Program-made: the position numbers and the translations under genes
Assembly (NCBI RefSeq): GCF_009914755.1
Contig: NC_060931.1
Reading direction: 5' to 3' (one strand)
DNA length: 64,000 nt
Origin: the human T2T-CHM13v2.0 reference genome, Homo sapiens
Shown: positions 1 to 26,409 of the stretch, piece after piece
Layout: every line of letters starts with the position of its first letter
Numbering within the stretch: position 1 is the first letter of the stretch
Notes under the pieces: generated by a model
Told to the model about the DNA's origin: nothing
Database searches by the model: none
Seen by the model: only the letters and a program-made list of their open reading frames with translations

Positions 1-288
<288 letters not shown>

Positions 289-1059
289 TGTCAGTATTTT
301 TAAATGGTTGAATGCCATTCCACTGCCTGCCTGTCTCCCACCACTGACCCTGCTGGCGGTTGGTGGTTTGGGTGATGATGGTGTTTTGCTGTCATAATTA
401 CCAAAGCAGGCAGTGTCTCTGTTTTGCTTACAGAACTTCTATCACATCGGAAATTATTTTCTTATTTACTTTATTTTTTTTTTTTTACAAAAAAGTAGGG
501 GAAGGCTCCCAGCCGTGGGTTTTCTGATCAAAGGGAAAGAAACAGTTACTGGTTTTATCTGATTATAACAGTAATTTGGAAGATAAAAGAAAAATCCATT
601 CAGGCCTTTTTTTTTCTGCTGTCATTTCCTTTTGTTCCCCCGTGGGTACAGCTGCAGGGACATGTACCAGGAGCTGCAGCTATCTGCTTAATGACAGATC
701 CCAGAGATAAGGGGACAGCGCCACTAACATTCCTTCAGCGCCTAAGATGCCTCTGATTCCAGAAGGATGACTTGCATTAAAGAGTTCAGCAGCAACAAGA
801 AAATAAAACACACAGACACACACACACACACACAAACACACATACATATATATAGTCTCCCCCCCCAAAATGGGGATTAAACTGTATATTCTTTTTCCCT
901 AGAACATGCCATTTTTTGTTTCTTTTAATGCTCTTTGCTTTGACTTTCATTTTGGATATGGACACTGTGACTTCTGTTGTTGTCTTGGTAACATTTTACC
1001 ATTATTATCTTTATTTATTACTTTTCTACCTCTCCTGGCCTTGACCATTTGTTTTTGTT

Positions 1060-2770
<1,711 letters not shown>

Positions 2771-2946
2771 AAAAACCCCAAAACCAAAAACACTTGCAGG
2801 GAGAGAGAGAAGGGGCGTTTTGTTCCTCCTGGGAGGGCACACTTGGGGTGGCACAGAACTTGGGAGTGAGTGAGTCAGGGGGACAGGAGTGCTGCCTGCA
2901 CTTTCCCTGCTATTTCATGGATCCTCTCTGCTGCTTCCTCCTTCAG

Positions 2947-3099
2947 AAGAAGAAAGGGAAAGAGGCCATGCCAGGAGCTGGGCTGCTGCCACCCCAAGCT
3001 CCCGCCTTGCCCTCTGAGGCCAGGGCTCCTCACGGCATCTCCCTGACTGCTGCCAGAAGGAGCAAAGCCAAGGCCAAAGGGAAGGAGGTGAAGAAGGAG
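2947..3099 (+). pseudogene. TNRC18: TNRC18-like exon (KKKGKEA...KGKEVKKE)
   Basis: cttcAG acceptor 2945-2946; GTgagg donor 3100; 153 nt, phase 0/0. Confidence 0.85.
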
Positions 3100-3839
3100 G
3101 TGAGGCTCACCGTGCCCTGGTGGGGGGCTGTGGGGGGCTGAGCCATGCTCCTGTGGTCGGGGCCAGGGGCTCCACCTGCTGCTCTGTATTCATCCCCCCT
3201 GTAGCTGTGGCTCAGAGAGGTTGCGGGTGACGAGGGTGACGTGGCTGTCCCCGTGCTCCAGGGATAAGGAGATACTGGGGACTCTGCTCCTGTCCTCAGG
3301 AAATGTCTGCTCTAGCGGGGGCGAGGGACACTGGAACAGAGACCAGGAGACCTGGGTGACAGGCCCTCAGCCCAGCACCAGGTCCTTACAGGGCCCTCAG
3401 GCTTGGGTGAATCTGCCCAAGTGGCAGATGATGGCATGCCCACTCCCGACACCTGCTAGCCCCTGCCCAAGTGGTTTTTCCTCAAGCCCATTGGGTGGAA
3501 ATGCTGGAGATGCTGCTGAAGTTTCTCTAAGAAGGGAACGGAGGCACCTGCCATAGTGATGAACAGAGGTATGGTAGTGAGTACTGAGTGCTGAGTGCTG
3601 ATACTGAGCACAGAGTACTGAGTATTGAGCACCAAGTACTGAGCATGGGCCAGCTGGGTTTTGGGCCCATTTCACCCTCCCCCTGGCCTCTGGGGTGCCC
3701 CTAACTGGGATCCCTGCCATGCACATGACAGATTCCCCCTGTGGCCTGACTGTGGCTCCAGGTTTCCAGAGAGGGTCCCCAGCCCGGCAGGACCCCCGTT
3801 CAGGTCCTAAGTCATTTGTCGGCCATGCTCTGTCCCCAG

Positions 3840-3981
3840 AACCTCAGCAAGGGGGGCGCTGTGAGCAAGCTGATGGAGAGCATGGCAGCCGAGGAGGACT
3901 TTGAACCCAACCAAGACTCGAGCTTCTCTGAGGACGAGCACCTGCCACGTGGCGGGGCTGCGGAGCGGCCGCTGACCCCGG
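3840..3981 (+). pseudogene. TNRC18: TNRC18-like exon (NLSKGGAVSKLMESMAAEEDFEPNQDSSFSEDEHLPRGGAAERPLTP)
   Basis: ccccAG 3838-3839; GTgagt 3982; 142 nt, phase 0/1. Confidence 0.9.
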
Positions 3982-4325
3982 GTGAGTGGCCATGATGCCA
4001 CATGTGCTGGGCGGGGCTGCTGGAGCCTCCCCTGGGGGAGGCAGATCTGAGCAAGGCTTGAGACGGACGGGCTGGGCTAGCTGGGGCCAGGGAACCGCAG
4101 GAGCAGAGATCCTGAGGCTGTTACCCGGGTGGATGAGAAGGCTGGACTGGCTGCAGCTTAGTCAACTGCAGATGAGGCAAGAGAGCCGCCTTGGGACCAG
4201 GGAGGAGGCAGGTCCTGCGGGGCTTGGGAAGGAGTTCCGTGTTGGCCCTAAGGAAAATGAGAAGCTCTCTGAGGTTAGATGTGGGGATGTGATATGGTCA
4301 GATTGGCTTTAAAACGAGCTGTCTG

Positions 4326-6700
<2,375 letters not shown>

Positions 6701-7012
6701 TCATCCCTGGGTTCACACCCACCTGGGGTCTTTGCAGACATCTGGGGCCAGGCCGGGGAGGGGGCTGGGAGGAGAGGGGAGGAGAGGGGAGGAGAGGGGC
6801 TGGCCACGGCACCCTGTGCGTGCCCACTGGTACACACAGGTCTGCACGGGTACACATACAGGCAGACGAAGGAGTGCACATGTCTCAGACCCACAGGCCC
6901 ACCCAGCACCAGGGCCTCCATTCCAAGGGGATGACTTGGGGGTGACAGGAGGAGGGAGAGGTGTCGCAGACACCCCTGGCTCCAGTCTTGCCTCACGATC
7001 CAACCCCTGCAG

Positions 7013-7130
7013 CCCCTCGCTCCTGCATCATCGACAAGGACGAGCTGAAGGACGGCCTGCGTGTGCTCATCCCCTTGGACGACAAGCTGCTGTAGGCTGG
7101 GCACGTGCAGACCGTGCACTCACCAGACAT
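7013..7130 (+). pseudogene. TNRC18: TNRC18-like exon with premature TAG (..DDKLL*AGHVQTVHSPD)
   Basis: tgcAG 7011-7012; GTgagt 7131; in-frame TAG 7093-7095 (Tyr in the parent, from memory). Confidence 0.9.
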
Positions 7131-7638
7131 GTGAGTGGGGTGGGAGGTCTGGCGCAGAGCCCCGTGTCCCATACCCGCCCTGTGTCCCATACCCGCCCCG
7201 TGTCCTGGCCGCCTCTGTGCCCGGCTGCTTCTCCTTTCTGGGCTGTGGCTTCCCCCGAAGGCACAGGGCAGGGGCATGAGTGGGCTCAGAGCTGACGGGG
7301 AGGCCCTGGGCACTTTGAGGGAGTACCAGGTGAACCCTCCCAGGGGCTGGGCACGGCTGCTCCATGGCAGGAGCCACAGTGGGAAGGGGTGAGAGAGCGT
7401 GCTGGCCTCTCTCAGGATCTGGACTGTGCCAGCCTGGTGTGCTCTACAACCCCTAGTCCTACAGATGAAGAAAATGAACCCAGAAAGGGGGAGAATTCCC
7501 AAATTCAGCAAGTCAGCAAACCTCTGAGTCCTGGTGTCACCTCCCAGTGGTCTAGGAGGCAGTGCTGGTGCTGGTGGGGTTGAGGCCCTCTGGGGAGGTC
7601 TTGGCCTCTGCCACCTCACACCTCGTTTGCTCCTACAG

Positions 7639-7714
7639 ATACCGCGTGGTGGTGGAGGGTGAGCATGGGAACCAGCCCCACATCTACTGTCTGGAGCAGT
7701 TGCTGCAGGAGGTG
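7639..7714 (+). pseudogene. TNRC18: TNRC18-like exon (YRVVVEGEHGNQPHIYCLEQLLQEV) with altered donor
   Basis: tacAG 7637-7638; expected donor at 7715 reads ATgaga; alternative GT at 7712. Confidence 0.85.
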
Positions 7715-7820
7715 ATGAGAGGGGGAGGGGCGGGGCCTCGGGAGGCTCGGGGTGGGCTGGGTGTCCAAGGCCACGGCCACAACTGTGTCCACACCTTGGA
7801 CTCATCCCATGCCCTCCTAG

Positions 7821-7964
<144 letters not shown>

Positions 7965-7989
7965 TAACATCTCAGTATGGACTTGTTTG

Positions 7990-8420
7990 GCTACTAAAAC
8001 CCAACTCTAACTGCTTAAGAATAAAGACATGTGGGCTCACATAACTGAAAACTGTATGGCCTTCAGGCATGGTTGGATCCAGGTGCCATTTAAACGATGT
8101 CATCAGGACTCCAGCTCTGAGTATCTGTCAGCAGTGCTGTCATCTGTGCTGGCTTCACACTAGCTCCTTGGAGATTGTATTTTACCATCTTAAGAAATCT
8201 TACCATTGTACGATTTCTCAGTCCCGGTTTTCCCACACAAGTTCTAGTGTGAACTGACTTGGGCCACATGGTTTTCATTGATCCTACCGCCGTGAGTCTG
8301 ATCGACCGGGCCTGGGTCAGATTCTCATCCCTGGGGCTAAGGAGTGAGGTCACCTCCCTTTTATTCGTGGACTGAGAAAGATGGGAGGGTGGCTTCCCCT
8401 GCAAAGTGGACATGTTGTTA
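7990..8420. mobile_element. Probable old MLT1J/K-type LTR fragment
   Basis: ggctcacataactgaaa...ttcaggcatggttggatccagg motif. Confidence 0.45.
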
Positions 8421-8525
<105 letters not shown>

Positions 8526-8528
8526 TTA

Positions 8529-8789
<261 letters not shown>

Positions 8790-9623
8790 TCAGACAGGCA
8801 AGAAAGACAGTCAAATGGTCCAACCCTTAGCTTTTGCAAAAGCAATGTATCCTAGAGAGGGGGTATGGATGTGGATTAGACATTCCCCGCCTGTGCAAAA
8901 AAAAAAGCCCACTCACATGCCAAATACAGTCCACTGCTTGGCTTACAATCCATTCATACCCAGAAGATGGAAGCCAATGCCAGCTCAGCAAAACAACAGA
9001 TGACTGGTCCAGCCTGAGTAGAGGATCTCAGGCCAGAAGACTTAGTTTTTTCCATTGTATTAGTCACTCATTTATCATCCAAATTCTGAAAGTGCTGTTA
9101 ATAAAGCAGAAGTTGGCCTTAGATTCGGATTTCCTGGCACATGCTGTCCCCCTGTACTGGGAGGTGCTGGCTGTGTTCTAGGCCTGCCTCATGGGTATCA
9201 TTCTGGATTCTTGGGCCTTCCCTGTCCCTCATCCTGGGAACCACTTTTGTTGTGTTGCATGTTTTTCTCTTTTTTTGGTTCAGCTCCTTGTTTTAAACAG
9301 TGGATCTTTGAGTAGCTTTCTGAGGAAGAGTCTGTGGGAGTTAAATTTCTCACATCCTTGTGTATTTGCAAATCTCTTCATTCTACCCTTATTTTTTAGA
9401 GATAGTTGAGCTGGGTACCCTTATTCTTTGGAGATAGTTGAGCTGGGTATAAATTCACAACTGGAAATAGTTCCCCTCACCATTTCAAAGACATTTTTCT
9501 ATTTTTCTCTTGCTTCCCATGTTGAAGACATTCAACATTGTGATTCCAAAATCATTGTAGGAGACCTGCTTTTTTATCTCTGGAAACTTTTAGGATCTTC
9601 TCACTGTCCCTAGATCTGGAATT

Positions 9624-9672
<49 letters not shown>

Positions 9673-10591
9673 CTCATCATGCTTGGTATCTGCAGAGGGA
9701 GGCTTTGATTTTGAAGCAAATTTCCTTGATTCTTGGAAGCTCTACTTGTAGCACAACTTGGTTAACTTCTCTTGTGAATTTCATGTTTTCCCTGGAACTT
9801 GGGCTAGGTCCCATGGCCCCTGGTGTGTGTGTCTTTTTTTCTGTTAATATTTTCTTATTTTGTTCAACTTGCGGAGAGATTTTCTCTACTTTTATCTTCT
9901 AACCCCTTCTGTTTTCTTGAATTTTAAAATTTTCTGCTGTCATTTAAAAAAATTCTCCACCAGCGGCAGTGGCTTACATCTGTAGTCCCAGCAATTTGGG
10001 AGCCTGATGCGGGCAGATCACTTGAACCCAGGAGTTCGAAACCAGCCTGGGCAACATAGCAAGACCATGTCTCTACAAAAAGATACAAAAATTAGCCAGG
10101 CGTGGGCCAGGCGTGGTGGCTCACATCTGTAATCTCAACACTTTGGGAGGCCAAGGTGGGCAGATCACCTGAGGTCAGGGTTTGAGACCAGCCTGGGCAG
10201 CATGGTGAAACCCCGTCTCTATTAAAAATACAAAAATAAGCTGGGCGTTGTGGCGGGTGCCTGTAATCCCAGCTACTCGGGAGGCTGAGGCAGGAAGGAA
10301 TCACCTGAACCTGGGAAGTAGAGGTTGCAGTGAGCCGAGATCACACTGCTGCACTCTAGCCTGGGTAACATAGTGAGACTCTGTCTCAAAAAAAAAAAAT
10401 TATCCAGGCTTGGTGGTGTGCACCTGTTGTCCTTGCTACTTGGGAGACCGAAGTGGGAGGATCACCTGAGCCTGGGTGGTCGAGGCTTCAGTGAGCTATG
10501 ATTGCGCCATTGCATTCCAGCCTGGGTGACAGAATGACACCCTGTCTCAAAAAAAAAAAAAAATCCTTAAGAGTTCTTTCTTATTCTCTGA

Positions 10592-10903
<312 letters not shown>

Positions 10904-11816
10904 TGATCTGCCTCTCTTGGTCTCCCAAAGTGCTGGGATTACAGGCGTGAGCCACTGCACCTGGCCTCATTTTAGCTTTCTGCAGCTCCCTCTCTCTTCC
11001 CAGTCCCCCCTCCTTCTGTTTGCTGGTGCTGTGCTCTTCCTCTGGTTAGAACTTCTTAGGCATCTGGGGACCCTGAATGAAGGGAACATTATCAAGCTGA
11101 TGGGAACTCTGTGCACTCATGAGTCTTTGTCATAGTGGGTGGACAGGAAGGTTTTGTTAGGGGGCTGCCCAGATTCTGCAAGACTCACATCCTTGGGGAT
11201 ATAGTCCCAGCATCTGGCGTTTGGGAAGAGGGCTGGGCTATCACCCTTTGGGGGGCCTGTACAGCCTCCTCCCTACGCTCAGTGTCCTTCAGTCTGGAGC
11301 CTCTCTCTAGGGTGAACCTCCCAGCTCCTGCCAGCTGGGCCACCCTCAGCCTGTTCAGTGTTGAGGTCTCCCTCAGCCCTGCCTCCAGAGGTGGTTGGGG
11401 CCTCTTGAGCCCGAGCCTTGGCAGGATTCTCTTGGGAAAACCACCTCCTCCTCGTGGGTATCACCTCCTCCTAGGAGATCAAAGCCCGCTCCTGCACGTT
11501 CATCCCGGCATCTCTCCGGAAATGCCACCGTCTCCCACTGCCGCCCTCCCCTTTCCCATTCTTCATGTCCTTCAGGGTTGACACCTGTGTCCCTCCTTTG
11601 CTGTGGTTGCAGGAGGGTCTTGTGCATGAGCGGGCACAGGTGCATGTGCTCAGCTGTCTTGTGTCACCCAAAGTCAGCTAGAAATGGGAGACCCAGGCCA
11701 GGAACAGTGGCTCACGCCTGTAATCCCAGCACTTTGGGAGGCTGAGGTGGGTGGATCACCTGAGGTCGGGAGTTTGAGACCAGCCTGACCAACATGGAGA
11801 AACCCCATCTCTACTA

Positions 11817-11975
<159 letters not shown>

Positions 11976-12180
11976 TCAAAAAAAAAAAAAAAAAGAAAGG
12001 GAGACCCATTTCTCCTGCCCGGATGGCCTGGCTCTAACACCCACATTCTGAGCCACTGTATACCCTCCACCCATGTCCCCACTGCTGTACCATAGAGACC
12101 AGGGCTGCACAGGGGCCAGTTTCTGCCATCCTGACCTTTGTGCCTCACTAGGGAGCTGGAGGTCGGAGGGCCTCCCCTGA

Positions 12181-12321
<141 letters not shown>

Positions 12322-12569
12322 TGACAAGCTCATGACACCCGGGCTCCTGCCAGGGGCCGCCCACCCAGGCTCTCGCCCTCCAAGCCCAGCTCTGGGCTGT
12401 GTCTGAAGTCATTTGGAGCCACAGGTGATAGAAGTAGCAGAATCCATGGATGGGCTCCTGTGAGATCCCAGGGTTCCCGGGTCCTGGGTCCATGAGGACA
12501 GCACAAGCCCAGTGGCCCAGGCCATGGGAAGCTGATCAAAAATTGTTAATGGCTGGGTGTGGTGGCTCA

Positions 12570-12916
<347 letters not shown>

Positions 12917-12922
12917 TCATTA

Positions 12923-13681
<759 letters not shown>

Positions 13682-13683
13682 TC

Positions 13684-13714
<31 letters not shown>

Positions 13715-15055
13715 CTCTGCACCTGCACCGCAGGGCCGTTCTGACCAGGTGACAGATGAGGAAACTGAGGCTGAGGGAGGCAGGTTGGTTTGTCAGAGGC
13801 AGAGCTGAGCTGCAGCTGGCCTGTGTTTCTTTCCAGAATCCAGAGAAAATGCTTCATGCAGGCTGAAAGCAGAGGAGGACCCGCTTTGGGGCCAACACAA
13901 CTTAAGGTTGTTATAGGGGAACTGCCGAAGGAGGCCTAAGAAGGCTGCAGCCAGGTTCCACTCAAGAAGTAGCAGGGCCAGGATTGAAACCAGGCCTTTC
14001 TGCTGGGCGCAGTGGTCCACACCTATTCTCAGCACTCTATGAGGCCCAGGCACAGGGATCGCTTGAGCCCAGGAGTTTAAGACCAGCCTGGGCAACAGAG
14101 CAAAACTGTATCTCTACCAAAAAAAAAATAATAATAATAATACAAAAAATTCCCCAGGCATAGTGGCGCATGCTTGTGGCCTCAGGTTACTTGGGAGACT
14201 GAGGCTGGAGGCTCACATGAGCCCAGGGAGGTTAGGGCTGCAATGAGCTTTAATCACGCCACTGCACTCCAGCTTGGGTGACTGAGACCCCATCTCAAAA
14301 AAAACAAAAACAAAAACAAAACTCACAGAAGCAGGCCTTTCTGATGAAAGCCACAGCTCATCTCTGCCAGGAAGCCCCCGCCCCAGCCTCTCATCTGTTT
14401 TGTTTTGCAGACAGAGCTGCTACCCTGGAGGAAGGGAACCCAACAGACGAAGTCCCCAGTACCCCCTTAGCCCTGGAGCCGAGCAGCACCCCAGGTTCCA
14501 AGAAGAGCCCCCCAGAGCCTGTGGACAAGCGAGCCAAGGCCCCCAAGGTGCGCCGGGCACTGCCGCAGCCCAGTCCCGCACCACCCGCCTTCACCAGCTG
14601 CCCAGCACCCGAGCCATTTGTGGAGCTGCCAGCTCCTGCCACCACCCTGGCCCCAGCACCCCTCATCACCATGCCTGCCACACGCCCCAAGCCCAAGAAG
14701 GCGCGGGCAGCCAAGGAGTCGGGTGCCAAGGGCCCTCGGAGGCCGGGGGAGGAGGCCGAGCTGCTTGTCAAACTGGATCACGAGGGTGTCATGTCACCCA
14801 AAAGCAAGAAGGCTAAAGAGGCCCTGCTGCTCTGGGAGGATCCGGGGGCGGGGGGCTGGCAGGAGCCCAAGAGCCTCCTGAGCCTGGGCAGCTATCACCC
14901 TGCGGCCGGCAGCAGCGAGCCCAAGGCACCCTGGCCCAAGGCCACCGACCGGGACCTCGCCCAGGAACCCGGGCCGGGGCTCACGTTCGAGGACTCTGGG
15001 AACCCCAAGAGCCCGGACAAGGCCCAGGCTGAGCAGGACGGGGCCGAAGAGTCCG

Positions 15056-15057
<2 letters not shown>

Positions 15058-15090
<33 letters not shown>
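15058..15090 (+). repeat. (AGC)11 trinucleotide repeat, poly-Ser
   Basis: Read directly from the sequence. Confidence 0.95.
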
Positions 15091-15091
<1 letters not shown>

Positions 15092-15213
15092 GCTCGGAGA
15101 CAGAAGGGGAGGAGGAAGGCGACAAGAACGGGGACGGGGGCTGTGGCGCCGGGGGCCGTGGCGCCGGGGGCCGTAACTGCAGCGCTGCCAGCTCCAGGGC
15201 GACCTCACCGGCC

Positions 15214-15240
15214 TCCTCCTCCTCCTCCTCCTCCTCCTCA

Positions 15241-15275
<35 letters not shown>

Positions 15276-15276
15276 G

Positions 15277-15308
<32 letters not shown>

Positions 15309-15348
15309 ATCCTCATCCTCCTCCTCCTCTTCCTCTTCTTCTTCCTCC
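15214..15348 (+). repeat. (TCN)45 poly-Ser low-complexity tract, almost pure pyrimidine
   Basis: Read directly: tcc/tct/tca/tcg codons, 135 nt. Confidence 0.95.
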
Positions 15349-16047
15349 ACCACAGATGAGGACTCTTCCTGCAGCTCGGACGATGAGGCAGCCCCCGCCC
15401 CAACGGCTGGCCCTTCTGCGCAGGCGGCGCTCCCCACCAAGGCCACCAAGCAGGCTGGCAAGGCGCGGCCCTCGGCCCACTCCCCAGGCAAGAAGACGCC
15501 CGCGCCCCAGCCCCAGGCGCCTCCTCCGCAGCCCACACAGCCTCTGCAGCCCAAGACTCAGGCTGGGGCCAAGAGCCGACCCAAGAAGAGAGAGGGCGTC
15601 CACCTCCCCACCACCAAGGAGCTGGCCAAGCGGCAGCGCCTGCCGTCCGTGGAGAACCGGCCCAAGATTGCCGCCTTCCTGCCAGCCTGACAGCTCTGGA
15701 AGTGGTTCGGCAAGCCCACCCAGGTGAGCAAGCTCGCGCCCGGGCACGGCCGAGGGGCCGGGGGCCTTGTCTCTCTCTGCTGGGCCCACGGCTTCACGCC
15801 GTGTCTCCGCGTGTGGTAACCTCCCAGAACCCCAGGGTGGAGGGCTGGCGTCCCACTTTATGGATGGGTACACTGAGTCTCAGAGTGTCCTCAGGCACCT
15901 GGGTCTGTCGGACTCCGATGCCTGAGTCCTTCAGAGCAGAGCGGTCCTGCCCTCTGGTCCTGCGAGGCAGAGCCACCCTCATGTGGAGCCCAGATGAAGG
16001 AAACGTGCAAAGATCAGCACAGACCCACAGGCGTCAGCGCCACGTAG

Positions 16048-18690
<2,643 letters not shown>

Positions 18691-18829
18691 AGTCTGGTAG
18701 TGGCAGAATCCTTAGATTAAGGGAAGCGCCTCTTGGAGACCCAGCATATCAAAGAGGTGGAAGAGGGGCTTCCCCACTTGGAGCAAGACAAGGGGCTTCC
18801 TCCTTTCCCAAGAGTTGGATAGGGGTTGA

Positions 18830-19216
<387 letters not shown>

Positions 19217-19365
19217 TAGGCGGTGTAGGGCAGACCTGAGGGCGAGGCGTTCTGGGTGCTGGAGCATCAGCAGCCCTGCCCAGTGGGTCAGCCCTGTCCT
19301 GGGGCCTGGGGTCAGGTGCAGCAGCCCCTGGGCTCACCCAAGCCCCTCCTCTCTCCCCCACACAG

Positions 19366-19440
19366 CACTGGGACCAGAAGTCCAGCCGCAGCCTCCCGGC
19401 GGCCCTGCAGGTCTCCAGCCAGAGGAAGGACTTCATGGAG
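19366..19440 (+). pseudogene. TNRC18: TNRC18-like exon, BAH insert (HWDQKSSRSLPAALQVSSQRKDFME)
   Basis: cacAG 19364-19365; GTaggt 19441; 75 nt. Confidence 0.88.
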
Positions 19441-19559
19441 GTAGGTGGTGGTGGTGGTGGGTGGGTTGGGGATGGCTGCCTCCTTCCGGGCAGCTCAGAC
19501 AGGGCTCAGCTCAGCATCTGCTGCTCTGTCCCCCATGGTCTCCCTCAGCCTCTGACCTC

Positions 19560-21660
<2,101 letters not shown>

Positions 21661-21795
21661 TTCAGGAGCTGGAGTAGGGGTGGTGTCTGGGGGCATTCTG
21701 CCATATCAGGGCACCAAGAAGCAGGATTCGACTGGAAGTTGGGTGCCACCCGTGCAGGGGCAGTGACCACATGCAGCCATCTAAATGAGCTATTC

Positions 21796-23865
<2,070 letters not shown>

Positions 23866-24323
23866 ACGAGGCACAGAACAGTGCAGGATTTTGTCCAAAT
23901 TGCACAAATCAGCAAAAGAGATGAGGCTCGAGGCCAGGAGGCTCTGACTCCTAGGATGCAGTGCAGTCCCCAAGGGGCAGGGGCCAAGCTGCGCCCGCTT
24001 CGTTTCCCCTTCAAATGGGCTGCATGCGGCCATCCTCCCTGATCCTCATGAAGACTGGGGGGCGGTCATCAAGGTGAGCGACAAACCCCAAGTGCTCCCA
24101 GCTCTCACCCCACCACCCAGCCCTGCCCACAAACCAAGCCTACCCGGTGTGAGGACACCCTCCTGCTCCCTGATCCACCCGGCCTACCTCACAGATGGGA
24201 AGACTGAGGACCGGCTTATCCGGGGCGGCCCAAGTTCCACCGGGATCCCGAGATGGCAGTCCCAGCCCCCGTCCATGCACAAACTCTGCTTGCAGGCGGC
24301 GGTGCAGCCGTCTGCCTTCATCT

Positions 24324-24329
24324 TTTAAT
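24324..24329 (-). terminator. Polyadenylation signal ATTAAA of the SLC29A4-like 3'UTR
   Basis: tttaat on + strand about 1.1 kb downstream of the stop; the only such hexamer I noticed in this GC-rich UTR. Confidence 0.6.
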
Positions 24330-25422
24330 GGCTGGTGCAGTACAGTTAGTGGACAGACGGGTGACGGGACACAGCAGGGGTGAAACAGGGCAGTCACAGC
24401 CGGGGCCGGGGATCTGGAAGGGTGGGCAGTCCTCCCCCCTGGAAACGCCGTCTCTGGAAGGATACCCTTAGGATTCCCTGAACTCAGGGTGCCACCCACA
24501 CGGGCCTGGTGTTCTGGGAGGCCCGGGCTGGAGTGACCCCCAACCCCTCCCTACATTCTAGGGACCCTTGGGTCTGTCGGGTCCCTTGCTGGATGAGGGT
24601 CAAGACCTAGGTCAAGCTGACTTCAGCCAGGGTGGGGGGCCCGGCTTCGAAGCCCCCAGACTTACCTCCCCTCTTCTATCCCGGGCCAGGAAGGCAATAG
24701 GAGGGCTCCCTAGTCCGGCACATCCCCCGACCTGTGGCATCACGTGGGTGTGTGGGGAGGTCCTGACGTGCCCAGCTGGCATCACCGCTGTGGTTTCCCA
24801 GAGGCTGACGCAGACTGCAGGCGGGTCCATTCGGACCCAGGGCTCCGACTCCTTCATGGCTAATGCGTTTTGTTTGGGAGAAGCAGTCTCTAAGAATGAG
24901 GACAGAAGGGGAAGCCCTGAGGGTGACAAGGTGGGGGACTGCCCCTCTCCTCTCAGGGCTCCAGGGTTCATGAGGAGGGGTCCCTGATGGAGGCTGGGCC
25001 AGGTGGTGCCCTGATCAGTGCCAGCGGGTGATGAGGGCCGGGGTGCAGTCACTGGGCACGCACACTCTGGCGGGTGTCTGCTGTCCTGGGTGGTGACATG
25101 GTGCGTGTGACCCTGCAGAGTGCTGGCTGGGCTGGAGCTGGGGCCGCCGGACACAGATAGAAGGTAGACGCAGGTATGAGACCAAACACAGAACAGAGTG
25201 CTGGCCAGAGCCCCGGGTCGCAGAAACGTGTTCTGGTCCTCAAAGGACTTTGCAGAACTTCAGTCCAGGGTGGGGGATGGCTGGACCCTGAGGGAGTGGT
25301 GCTGCTGGCACAGGGGGAGGCTCAGGGCCCCGCAGGCACTGAGGTGGGGATGGGGGAGGGGCCCTCAGGCCTCGGGGCCCCTGGTCAGGCCCTCGGCGTC
25401 CCTGGCAGTGGGCGGGGCTGGC

Positions 25423-25565
25423 TCAGAGGCCTGTGAGGATGGAGCCATTGGCGGTGGAGGCGTGCAGGCAGCTGCCGTGGGCGTCGCGGGTGAGGCTGTA
25501 GGTGCAGTAGGCCACGGCGGACCCCAGTGTCAGCCCTGACATGTAGGACACAGTCATGGTGTTCC
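25423..25565 (-). pseudogene. SLC29A4: SLC29A4-like terminal exon, coding part (GNTMTVSYMSGLTLGSAVAY...ILTGL*)
   Basis: Acceptor AG at 25567-25566; stop at 25425-25423. Confidence 0.92.
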
Positions 25566-26172
25566 CTGTGGACAACACTGGCCTGAGGGGAGCAGGGCCA
25601 GGGCGGCCACCTGGTGGCCACGGCTGCTCGGGTGTGAGGTGCGGTGACACCTGCATGAACCGTGCCACCCCTCCAGGACCCGCTGCCCCATCGCTCCTCC
25701 TGGGAGCACCCTCTCCAGATCCTGTCCTTCCTCGTTGCTTCTTCCCGAGGCCATCTGCTATGCACTCCAGGCCTTGCCTGCTTCTCTGAGTCCCCCAAGC
25801 CCCCATTTTTAAAATTTAAAGACAAGGTCTTGCTCTGTTGCCCAGACCAGAGTGCAGTGGTACAACCATAGCTTCCTGCAGCCTTGACCTCCTGGGCTCA
25901 TGCGATCCTCCCACCTCAGCCTCCCGAGTACCTGGGACCACAGGCATGCACCACCACGCCTGGCTAATGTAAAAAAATTTTTTGTAGAGACTCGGTCTCG
26001 CTATACTGCCCAGGCTGGTCCCAAGCAATAGTCCTACCTTGGCCTCCCAAAACACCGTCCTGAGCCAGTGCGCCTGGCCCCAACCCTCCCCGTTTTAATC
26101 TCCAGTCTCAGCCAGGTGTGGTGGCTCACACCTGTAATCCCAGCACTTTGGCAGGCTGAGGCAGGCAGATCA

Positions 26173-26388
<216 letters not shown>

Positions 26389-26409
26389 CTAAAAAGAAAA
26401 AAAAACTCC

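Larger units (their letters stand above)
14411..15723 (+). pseudogene. TNRC18: TNRC18-like large exon (Pro/Ser-rich, poly-Ser tracts) with premature TGA
   Basis: ttgcAG 14409-14410; GTgagc 15724; 1313 nt. ORF 14278..15690 ends at TGA 15688-15690 and the frame continues QLWKWFGKPTQ. Confidence 0.92.

Noticed and set aside
7160-7205. 19-bp direct repeats as a CRISPR-like or regulatory array
   Set aside because: About 2.5 contiguous copies with no spacers in eukaryotic intronic DNA; an ordinary minisatellite.
14278-15690. 470-aa ORF as a stand-alone gene
   Set aside because: It starts at a GTG inside an Alu tail and is simply the large TNRC18-like exon plus intron, ended by a nonsense codon.
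14895-15727. Poly-Glu, poly-Arg and poly-Pro ORFs on other frames or strands
   Set aside because: These are shadow frames of the trinucleotide Ser tracts.
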